Assembly (NCBI GenBank): GCA_944382895.1
Contig: CALWNV010000003.1
Location: forward strand, 1 to 54,564
Length of the DNA stretch: 54,564 bases
From: an uncultured Clostridia bacterium
Lineage (GTDB): Bacteria > Bacillota > Clostridia > Oscillospirales > UBA644
Reading direction: 5' to 3'
The position numbers and the translations under genes are program-made. How positions within the stretch are numbered: the stretch's first letter is position 1; the number at the start of each line of letters is the position of its first letter. The notes beneath the pieces were generated by a model. That model was not told the DNA's origin, ran no database searches, and saw only the letters and a program-made list of their open reading frames with translations. Shown piece after piece: positions 39,190 through 46,986 of the stretch.

Positions 39190-40206
39190 TCAGTACTTTA
39201 CAAGCTCTTTTTTTATTAGCAAAATATCCTCTGTATCAGGCGCAAACGGAAAATTTCGTATTTCCTCAGAAGGACGTTCGTTTCCAAACGGCCTGTTACA
39301 TGCAGCGCATTTTTCATCGCGTCCGGTACATCCAGATGTCCGGAACGGATATCCGCTTTCGACCGCTTCATTCATAACTGCATCGGAAACCCCGTATCCG
39401 GTGATCTTTCCGTTATGAAAAGTCATTTTATCCGCAGATGAATAGCCGTTATTTATAAGCCAACGGGCAAGCTGGACTCTTCGGTATTGCTCAACAGGCG
39501 GTTGTTTGCGCATACTTTCCCCACTTCCTCTTTCAGGAAAAAAGGAAAATAAATGTGTAGGAGCTCCGTATTCTTTCCATACATGATCAATCATCTTTAT
39601 CATTTCTTCCTCGGTTTCCCCCAAACCGACTATAAAATGGACACCTGCGTTACCTTTTCCGAAAACTTCTGCGGCATCTTTAAGACAGGAAAGATATTTA
39701 TCCCATCTGTGCGGCCCGTGTACGTTCTCGCCGCGGAATTTATCAAAAAGAACAGGAGTCGCTGCGTCTATCGCAATCCCGGATTTATCCGCGCCGGCGG
39801 CTTTCATTTTCATCATATCTTCTTTTTTTATAATTGTCGGGGACAATAAAACGCTCACGGGAAGTTTTGTTTTTTCTTTGATCTCCGTTATAATCGGCAA
39901 TATATCCGCCACACAGTCAGGATGTGTTATCATGGAAACACAAACTCTTTCAATATCGGAACAATTCGCAGCGGCATCCAATACTTCATCAAGTTTATAT
40001 ATAGGCCACGCCACACGGATAAATGTATCTGATTTTTCGCGCGAACGTGAAAGTCCGCAATAAGAGCAATTTGCTTTGCACCCTCCCTCGCAAAGCATAA
40101 GAAGATTAAGACAATGCAGTTTAGCGCCGCGGAAAAACAATCCGGGTTTCAACCCGACAGTCATTGCCGCAGCCATACTTATCTGAACAAATTCCGGGCT
40201 TGTCAT
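39190..40206 (-). CDS. lipS2: LipS2-type radical SAM sulfur insertase (alternative lipoyl synthase subunit)
   Basis: CKANCSYC, HFIVGLGETE, HLFSFFP, and C-terminal TSGC....CAACNRP (variant of TxGCPxCNRP). Start moved to ATG 40206 by RBS. Confidence 0.8.
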   Translation of the reverse strand: MTSPEFVQISMAAAMTVGLKPGLFFRGAKLHCLNLLMLCEGGCKANCSYCGLSRSREKSDTFIRVAWPIYKLDEVLDAAANCSDIERVCVSMITHPDCVADILPIITEIKEKTKLPVSVLLSPTIIKKEDMMKMKAAGADKSGIAIDAATPVLFDKFRGENVHGPHRWDKYLSCLKDAAEVFGKGNAGVHFIVGLGETEEEMIKMIDHVWKEYGAPTHLFSFFPERGSGESMRKQPPVEQYRRVQLARWLINNGYSSADKMTFHNGKITGYGVSDAVMNEAVESGYPFRTSGCTGRDEKCAACNRPFGNERPSEEIRNFPFAPDTEDILLIKKELVKY

Positions 40207-40222
40207 AACATGATATCCTTTC

Positions 40223-40258
40223 AAAAAATTCCGGGCGGCCGGCGCGCCGTCCACCCGG
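40223..40258 (-). terminator. GC-rich hairpin with T-tract inside the operon
   Basis: Minus strand CCGGGTGGACGG-CGCG-CCGGCCGCCCGG followed by AATTTTTT. Confidence 0.6.
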
Positions 40259-40271
40259 TAACTTATCATAA

Positions 40272-42206
40272 TCAGTGTCTCACATATTCTGTATGCAATA
40301 ACTCATGAGAAAGATGAGAACACGGCTTTCCGAGAAAATCTTCATAAATTTTCTTTATTTCAGGGTTCTCGTGCGATTTCCGTATCTCATGTTCATGATC
40401 GTCACGGTCAAGACCCTCTGTACGTTTTTTAGCTTTAACAGCGTTAGTAGTAAGGATCTGACCTCCTCCCCCGACACAACCTCCGGGACAGCTCATTATT
40501 TCTATAAAATGATATTTTGAGAATTCACCGCCGTTTATAATATCCTCGCATATCTTTCTGGCATTGCCAAGCCCGTATGCAACGGCGACCTTAAGTTCAC
40601 CGGCTTTTGTAGGCACGGTAGCTGTTTTTATTCCATCATATGTTCCCAACACACGTAAATCCATATCTTCCAAAGGTTTCTGCTCCACTTCTTCATATGC
40701 CGTACGCAAGGCCGCGGTCATAACTCCTCCTGTCCTACCGAAAATAGTCGCCGCACCTGTATAAGAAGACAACAGCGGATCAGGCGAACCCTCTTCCATA
40801 GCCGCTAAATCTATACCCAAAAGCTTAAACATCTTTGCGCATTCACGCATAGTAAGAACCGCGTCAACATCAGGATATTTGCCGTCGCCGTTCACGACTG
40901 AGGCATCTTTAAGCTCTTCACGCTTACATTCGTATTTTTTCGCCGTACACGGCATAACCGAAACCACAAACATCTTTTCCGGCTTGACATCACAGTTTCT
41001 CGCGCCATATGTTTTAGCGACAGCCCCGAACATCTGTTGAGGACTTTTAGCCGAAGATAAATTCGGGATAAGCTGAGGATAATATTTTTCCACATAATTC
41101 ACCCATGCCGGACAACATGAAGTAAACTGAGGGAACACTCCTCCGTTTTTAATACGACCGAGAAATTCGGTTCCTTCCTCCATAATTGTAAGATCCGCTG
41201 AAAAGTTGGTATCCCATACTCTGTCAAATCCCGCGGCACGAAAAGCGCTGTAAAGTTTTGCGGCAACATTTTCTCCGGGTTCCATACCAAACTGTTCGCC
41301 TATACCGGTTCTTACCGAAGGCGCGAATTGTACAACAGTAAACACTTCAGGGTCTTTAAGCGCGGCAATAACTGTTTCTGTATTATCCACTTCGCTCATC
41401 GCTCCGACAGGTCGTGAAAACGCGCAGTTTTCACATTTTGCAAGCGTCTTGACCATAGCGACCGTTTTATCCTGAAAACCAAGGGGACACGCCATTATGC
41501 ATTGTCCGCAACGCACACACCTGTCGCTGTCCATATCGACACCGAGATCACTTAAATGTATCGCTTCAATAGACTGGACCCTACAAGCCTCTACGCAACT
41601 TCCGCAACGTATACATTTATTGGGATAATAGTTTATCGACGGTTCTGTAGTTTTTGTAGGCAAACGCCTCTCTTTACGTTCCTGAAGGTCTACATGACCT
41701 CCGGCAGCAGCTTCACACGCAACAAATTCCTGCGCACATTGGATAAGAGGACATTCGGTACCGCGAAAATCAGGATCGTCACAAACAGGACATTTCTTCT
41801 TGATTTCGAGTTTGCCTAATTCTTTTATCTGAGAAGAAAACTCATCCATGACTTTTGCAAATTTTTCTCCCTCAGATGCCGATATCCATTCAAGGCGTAA
41901 TCTGCGGCGGTCAATACCGAGTTCATCAAGAAGAGGCTGGAACATTTCATATCTTGCAAGTGTTTTGAAGTTTCCGTTAGTGTAATGACAGTCAGACGGG
42001 ATATGGCAACCGGCAATCAGAACTCCGTCTGCCCCCTCTGCAAACGCTTTAAGAACAAACGAAGGTTCCACTCTTCCTGAACACATAACTCTGACAGCAC
42101 GCGCCGTAATATCGTGACGTATACGCGCGGTCCCGGCAAGATCGGCGCCCGCATACGAGCACCAGTTACACAAAAATTCAACTATCTTTGGTTTATATTC
42201 ACTCAT
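40272..42206 (-). CDS. MvhD-[FeFe]-hydrogenase fusion protein
   Basis: N-terminal MvhD domain (FLCNWCSY, RVMCSGRV, GCH...DCHY, RLEWISASE); two ferredoxin-type Cys motifs; intact H-cluster motifs FTSCCPAW, MPCTAKKYE, EIMSCPGGCVGGGGQ; C-terminal SHEN...LLHT. Start ATG 42206 by RBS. Confidence 0.93.
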   Translation of the reverse strand: MSEYKPKIVEFLCNWCSYAGADLAGTARIRHDITARAVRVMCSGRVEPSFVLKAFAEGADGVLIAGCHIPSDCHYTNGNFKTLARYEMFQPLLDELGIDRRRLRLEWISASEGEKFAKVMDEFSSQIKELGKLEIKKKCPVCDDPDFRGTECPLIQCAQEFVACEAAAGGHVDLQERKERRLPTKTTEPSINYYPNKCIRCGSCVEACRVQSIEAIHLSDLGVDMDSDRCVRCGQCIMACPLGFQDKTVAMVKTLAKCENCAFSRPVGAMSEVDNTETVIAALKDPEVFTVVQFAPSVRTGIGEQFGMEPGENVAAKLYSAFRAAGFDRVWDTNFSADLTIMEEGTEFLGRIKNGGVFPQFTSCCPAWVNYVEKYYPQLIPNLSSAKSPQQMFGAVAKTYGARNCDVKPEKMFVVSVMPCTAKKYECKREELKDASVVNGDGKYPDVDAVLTMRECAKMFKLLGIDLAAMEEGSPDPLLSSYTGAATIFGRTGGVMTAALRTAYEEVEQKPLEDMDLRVLGTYDGIKTATVPTKAGELKVAVAYGLGNARKICEDIINGGEFSKYHFIEIMSCPGGCVGGGGQILTTNAVKAKKRTEGLDRDDHEHEIRKSHENPEIKKIYEDFLGKPCSHLSHELLHTEYVRH

Positions 42207-42219
42207 ATCCAACTCCTCC

Positions 42220-44175
42220 TCAATCTCTCAAAAGTCCTTCAAGCTCGGCAAATATCTGCTCCGAGGAGAAGTGTCCCTGATTTATAGCTCCCGCAGGACA
42301 TGCGGCCGCACATGTACCGCAGCCGCGGCACTTAGTACTTTCAATACGCATGATTTTCGCGGCAGCGTCAAATTCAAGAGCCATATACGGACAAAGTCTT
42401 TCACACAAACGGCATCCCTTACACATATCAGGATTTATGGAAACAACCGTGGGTTCAAGTTTTACTTTGCCGATATTGAGGAAACGTATGACATCTCCCG
42501 CACATCCTTTAGCCTGACACACCGTATCGGGTATGTCTTTAGGTCCCTGCGCGCATCCAGCAGCATAAATACCGGCAGTTGGTGTCTCAAGAGGATTAAG
42601 TTTGGGATGCGCTTCCATAAAGAATCCGTCTTTTGTACGTGAAACATGCATCATCTCGGCAAGAGCGTCTGTATCCTCAGAAGGCTCAAGCCCTACGGCA
42701 AGGACTACCATATCCGCCTCAAGTTCGACTGTGGCGCCCATCAAAGTATCCTCTGCTTTAAGAAGGAGCCTATCATTTTCACTTTTTACGATTTCCGACA
42801 CTTTACCTCTTATAAAATGCACGCCCTCGCTTTGGATACGGTTATAAAACTCCTCATATCCTTTGCCTGCAGCACGTATATCCATATAAAAATTATATAC
42901 TTCCGCTCCAGTCTTTTCTCTTGCGAGATGCGCGTGTTTCAAGGAATACATACAACAGGCTTTTGAACAATACTCATTTGTATTTTTATCACGACTGCCT
43001 ACACAATGTATAAAAGCAATCGTCTTCGGCTTCTCGCCTTTCGATGTGACAATATGTCCCCCGGTCGGACCTGAAGCATTAGTCATTCTTTCATACTGCA
43101 TAGAGTCGATGACATCCGGATAAATCCCGAACCCATATTTGACAGTACGTGAGGCGTCAAAAATCTTAAACCCTGTAGCAAGGATAATCGCGCCTACTTT
43201 TATTTTTACGGTCTCATCTTTCAGATTGAAATCTATACAGCCCCTGTCACAGGCTTTTACGCAAGCCTGTGTACATCTGCCGTTTTTAAGATACAAACAA
43301 TTTACAGGATCTATAACAGCTTTAAGCGGAACTGCCTGAGGAAACGGTATATATGCCGCACCCCTGTTGGAAAGTCCGTAGTTGAACTCGTCCGGGATAC
43401 GGTCTTTCATAACACAGGCTTCAACACATTTTTTGCAACCGGTACAATCAGGTGTTGTATACCGTGTGTGTTTGATGACAGTCACAGTATAATTCCCGAC
43501 AGAACCCTCAACGGAAACTACTTCCGAATTCGTCATCAGGTCAATATTAGGTTCTCTCGAAACATCAACCATTTTGGGCATGAGTATACATGCCGAGCAG
43601 TCAAGGGTGGGAAAAGTCTTATCAAGCTGGGCCATAACACCTCCTATTGTCGGTTTTTTTTCAACAACATAAGTCTGATAACCCGATCTCGCAACAGTCA
43701 GCGCAGCCTCAATGCCGGCAACTCCCCCGCCTATAACAAGACATTTTTTCGTTATTGGTATCTCCTGAGTCTCTATCCGCTCATGGTGAGAAACTCTCGC
43801 AACCGCCGCACGAACAAGATCTTTTGCTTTTTGAGTGGCCGTCGGTATATCGGTACAGACCCATGAAACATGCTCCCGTATATTGGCCATCTGCATATAA
43901 TATGGATTAAGACCTGCTTCCTCCACAACTTTTCTAAAAGTAGGTTCATGCATCCTGGGCGAGCATGAAGCGACAACCACTCTGTTCAGTTTATAATTTT
44001 CTATATCTTCTTTTATTATTTTCTGTCCCGCGTCAGAACATGTATACATGTTATCTCTCGCGACAACTACATTATCAAGACCGCCCGCATATGCCGAAAC
44101 TTCAGGACAATCCACTGTTCCGCCTATGTTCGAACCGCAGTGACAAACATAAACTCCTATTCTCAATTCTTCCAT
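42220..44175 (-). CDS. hdrA: Heterodisulfide reductase subunit A (FAD, Fe-S)
   Basis: RIGVYVCHCG, ASCSPRMHE, ANIRE, IGGGVAG, KTFPTLDCSAC, CVGSRD, YCSKACC, GCAQGPKDI, C-terminal ferredoxin domain. Confidence 0.95.
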   Translation of the reverse strand: MEELRIGVYVCHCGSNIGGTVDCPEVSAYAGGLDNVVVARDNMYTCSDAGQKIIKEDIENYKLNRVVVASCSPRMHEPTFRKVVEEAGLNPYYMQMANIREHVSWVCTDIPTATQKAKDLVRAAVARVSHHERIETQEIPITKKCLVIGGGVAGIEAALTVARSGYQTYVVEKKPTIGGVMAQLDKTFPTLDCSACILMPKMVDVSREPNIDLMTNSEVVSVEGSVGNYTVTVIKHTRYTTPDCTGCKKCVEACVMKDRIPDEFNYGLSNRGAAYIPFPQAVPLKAVIDPVNCLYLKNGRCTQACVKACDRGCIDFNLKDETVKIKVGAIILATGFKIFDASRTVKYGFGIYPDVIDSMQYERMTNASGPTGGHIVTSKGEKPKTIAFIHCVGSRDKNTNEYCSKACCMYSLKHAHLAREKTGAEVYNFYMDIRAAGKGYEEFYNRIQSEGVHFIRGKVSEIVKSENDRLLLKAEDTLMGATVELEADMVVLAVGLEPSEDTDALAEMMHVSRTKDGFFMEAHPKLNPLETPTAGIYAAGCAQGPKDIPDTVCQAKGCAGDVIRFLNIGKVKLEPTVVSINPDMCKGCRLCERLCPYMALEFDAAAKIMRIESTKCRGCGTCAAACPAGAINQGHFSSEQIFAELEGLLRD

Positions 44176-44178
44176 CAG

Positions 44179-45381
44179 TTATCCCTCCAGCCTTTCGGCG
44201 AGAAATTCCGCAAGATCATAAACCTTTATACGGGCCCGGATACTGCGCGTGCCTTTCTGAAGAGAGCGTTTACATTGCTGACATGTCGTCACAATAGCCG
44301 AAGCACCCGTAGCAACTGCCTCAGACGCGCGTCCGGCAGAAATATTTTCGGCAAGCGAAGCATTCTGCATTTCTATATTTCCCCCACCGCCACAGCATTT
44401 ACTCTCATTTTTATTAAATCGCATTTCCTTTATGCGCGCACCGGTAAGAGAAATCAGCTGACGAGGTTCATCAAAAATTTTCTCCCCTTTACGTCCGAGA
44501 TCGCAGGGATCATGGTATGTAACCGTTTCATCTCCGTGTTTGAATTTCAAACGCCCTTCCTGAGCAAGCCGTAACAAATATTGGGAATAGTGAAGAATTT
44601 CGATATAATTGAATCCGGGAACATATTTCGTGTATACTTCCCTGAAAACATACAAGCATGTCGGACATGACATAACCACGGTTTCCGCACCTTTTTTTAC
44701 AAGTTCCGCATACGTATGTTCAGCATATTCCCTTAACGAATCCTCTCCCGCGCCGGAGCCGAGAAGAGGATAACCGCAACACCATTCTCCCTCACCTAAA
44801 AAACCCAGATCAATCCCGGCTTTTATAAGCATAAAAGAAAGCGACTGCGGTATTTTGTATGCCTGAGGAAACAACGCTGAAACACAGCCCGTATAGTAAA
44901 TCACTTTTGCTTTATCTTTTTTTAAGGCAGCTTCAACTTCCGACTTTCCTTCTCCCATATTGGAAAACCAAAGAGATCTGTTTTTCTGATCATCTCCGTT
45001 GATATTGCGTTTTTCCATGGCAGAAGCGATATTCGACTGATTTTCGGGAACACCGTTTTTACAGGTATACGCCTCGCGAAGCCTGAGAATTATCCTTGTA
45101 AGGGGGATCCCTCTCGGACACCGTGATTCGCAAAGTCCGCATGTTGTACAGTTCCATTCATTTTCCGAACCAAAGATCTCATCAGATCTGCCCATTTGCA
45201 GTAAACGCCAAAACTGACGGTGTGAATACCTGTTGCTCTCATTTCCGGGACACGTTGCAGAACAACTTCCGCATTGTATACAGGTATATATTTTCTCTCC
45301 GCCTTCTACATCTCGTATTATCCGGTCAAGATTTCTCTGTTCTTCTGTAATTTCGCTTATCCTGTAATGCAAAAATATCAC
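44179..45381 (-). CDS. HdrD-like protein (HdrC-type 2x[4Fe-4S] plus two CCG domains), next to hdrA
   Basis: CIQCGSCSATCP, CTTCGLCESRCP; GC..CCG..CPTC and DPC..CCG..CQQC. Start may be TTG 45372. Confidence 0.88.
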   Translation of the reverse strand: MIFLHYRISEITEEQRNLDRIIRDVEGGEKIYTCIQCGSCSATCPGNESNRYSHRQFWRLLQMGRSDEIFGSENEWNCTTCGLCESRCPRGIPLTRIILRLREAYTCKNGVPENQSNIASAMEKRNINGDDQKNRSLWFSNMGEGKSEVEAALKKDKAKVIYYTGCVSALFPQAYKIPQSLSFMLIKAGIDLGFLGEGEWCCGYPLLGSGAGEDSLREYAEHTYAELVKKGAETVVMSCPTCLYVFREVYTKYVPGFNYIEILHYSQYLLRLAQEGRLKFKHGDETVTYHDPCDLGRKGEKIFDEPRQLISLTGARIKEMRFNKNESKCCGGGGNIEMQNASLAENISAGRASEAVATGASAIVTTCQQCKRSLQKGTRSIRARIKVYDLAEFLAERLEG

Positions 45382-45385
45382 CCCG

Positions 45386-45814
45386 TCACTTTATATTGTT
45401 TTTTATCTCTTCTTCTTCGACAAATTTCGCGATTTCCTCCGCGTTATCAGTCGTCATGAATCCGTCTATATCCGACATATTGTCCGGCTTTATCTTTATA
45501 ACCCATCCGTCATCATACGGGTTTTCATTGAGCAAATACGGAAAATCTCCTAACTCTGCATTAGCCTCAATTATTTCACCGTTGACCGGAGCTTTGAGAC
45601 GCCCTACCCATTTCCCGCTCTCAATAGAAGCAAAAGGTTGACCCTCTTCTATTCTTCTGCCGGCGGCCGGGACTTCAACAAAAATGATTTCGCCCGCCAT
45701 TTGCTGAAACATGTCGGTAACGCCCATTATCAGAATATCTCCGTCTTTTTTCACCCATCCGTGATATTTATCGAACCGAAGTCCCTCGGGAAATTCATAC
45801 TTACCTGATTTCAT
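45386..45814 (-). CDS. gcvH: GcvH-like lipoyl-carrier protein
   Basis: H.WV, GVTD, IESGKWVG (lipoyl-Lys), APVNGEIIEAN, LNENPYDDGW. Start ATG 45814 after GGAGG. Confidence 0.9.
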   Translation of the reverse strand: MKSGKYEFPEGLRFDKYHGWVKKDGDILIMGVTDMFQQMAGEIIFVEVPAAGRRIEEGQPFASIESGKWVGRLKAPVNGEIIEANAELGDFPYLLNENPYDDGWVIKIKPDNMSDIDGFMTTDNAEEIAKFVEEEEIKNNIK

Positions 45815-45837
45815 TTTTATATACCTCCAAAAATAAT

Positions 45838-46986
45838 TTACTCCTCGCAAAGTTTGAACAATAACTCAGTTATATCAGCAACCTTTATACGTGTTCTTGT
45901 AGTTCTTGCCCCGGATTGCAAAGTCCTCCGACATTGTTGACAGCAGGAAACAATAGTTGTCGCACCGGTTTCAGCCGCTTGGGAAATTCTCAAAGCGGAT
46001 ACTTTACCCGAAAGAACAGGATCATTACTTTCCAGATTCCCGCCGCCGCCGCAGCAAACCGCGTCAACACGGTTTTTACGCATTTCCTTAAAAGTTATAC
46101 CGGGAATCGACGTAAGAATTTTTCTCGGGGATTCAAATATTCCGCTTTTACGTCCCAAATCGCATGGGTCATGGTATGTAACAGTTTCGTTGAGCTCTCT
46201 GGGATGAAGTTTCCCGTTTTCACAAAGTTCAGCCAAAAGCTCAACACCATGGATAACCTTTAAACCAGTTTCTTCTCCTAAAAGCTCGGGGTAATGATGT
46301 TTCCACATATAATAACACGAAGGGCATGTAGTCACTATCTTGTCTATTCCCAACTCTTTCACACATTTAACATTTTCACGCGCGACACTTTTAGCTTCCG
46401 ATTCCATCCCTCCTATAAAAAGAGGATATCCGCAGCATAGTTCATTTTCGCCCAAAACGGTAAAATCTGTGCCTGAAATACAAAGGAGCCCGACAAAACT
46501 CTGAACAACCGCATAGGAAGAGGGATAAAGAGATGAAACACAACCGGGAAGATAAAGATATTCGGCTTTCGCATTTATTTTAACATTGTATTTCTCCGAG
46601 AGATTCGCCAGCCATAACAGACGGTTTTTCTGCTCGTCACCGTTTACATTACCTGATTCAGTAATGTTTTTACGCATCCGTTCGCCTACGGCGGTCAGGC
46701 CGTACTTTTCATTGAGCGCGCAACGAAGTCTTTCTGCGATTTCAGGGATATGGACTCCGGGAGGACAATGTTCGCTGCAGGATCCGCATAATAAACATTG
46801 ATTTATTCTCGTTCGGAAAAGATCGCTTATATCATCCCCGTTCATGACTGCTTTGGCAAGCTGCATCCTTCCGCGCGCATTATATCCCTCATGTCTCGTT
46901 GCCTGATATGTTGGACAATATGCCTGACAATAACCGCATCTGACACATGTTTCTATTTCCTTAAGGATTTTTTCATCGATTTTCAT
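45838..46986 (-). CDS. GlcF/HdrD-like Fe-S protein (2x[4Fe-4S] plus two CCG domains), next to the dehydrogenase
   Basis: CVRCGYCQAYCP, ARGR, CLLCGSCSEHCP; GC..CCG..CPSC and DPC..CCG..CQQC; ATGA overlap with the dehydrogenase. Confidence 0.88.
   Translation of the reverse strand: MKIDEKILKEIETCVRCGYCQAYCPTYQATRHEGYNARGRMQLAKAVMNGDDISDLFRTRINQCLLCGSCSEHCPPGVHIPEIAERLRCALNEKYGLTAVGERMRKNITESGNVNGDEQKNRLLWLANLSEKYNVKINAKAEYLYLPGCVSSLYPSSYAVVQSFVGLLCISGTDFTVLGENELCCGYPLFIGGMESEAKSVARENVKCVKELGIDKIVTTCPSCYYMWKHHYPELLGEETGLKVIHGVELLAELCENGKLHPRELNETVTYHDPCDLGRKSGIFESPRKILTSIPGITFKEMRKNRVDAVCCGGGGNLESNDPVLSGKVSALRISQAAETGATTIVSCCQQCRRTLQSGARTTRTRIKVADITELLFKLCEE

Noticed and set aside
37217-40206. 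The two radical SAM genes as hydrogenase maturases HydE/HydG or biotin synthase
   Set aside because: Their C-terminal motifs and position around a lipoate ligase fit LipS1/LipS2, and there is no hydF or bio gene in the window.
40231-40274. Hydrogenase TGA followed by a hairpin as a possible selenocysteine/SECIS read-through
   Set aside because: The protein is already complete at LLHTEYVRH, read-through meets TGA and TAA within three codons, and HdrA and MvhD use Cys at all motif positions.
45386-45814. Ordinary glycine cleavage system
   Set aside because: No gcvP, gcvT or lpdA in the window, and the gene is embedded between CCG proteins. A role in trans cannot be excluded.
42220-46986. Cluster as a sulfur-oxidising sHdr-LbpA system or a methanogen-type Hdr
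   Set aside because: No sHdrC1B1AHC2B2 layout, no tusA/dsrE/rhodanese genes, the carrier lacks Cys, HdrA is the full-length ferredoxin-containing type, and the host looks clostridial.
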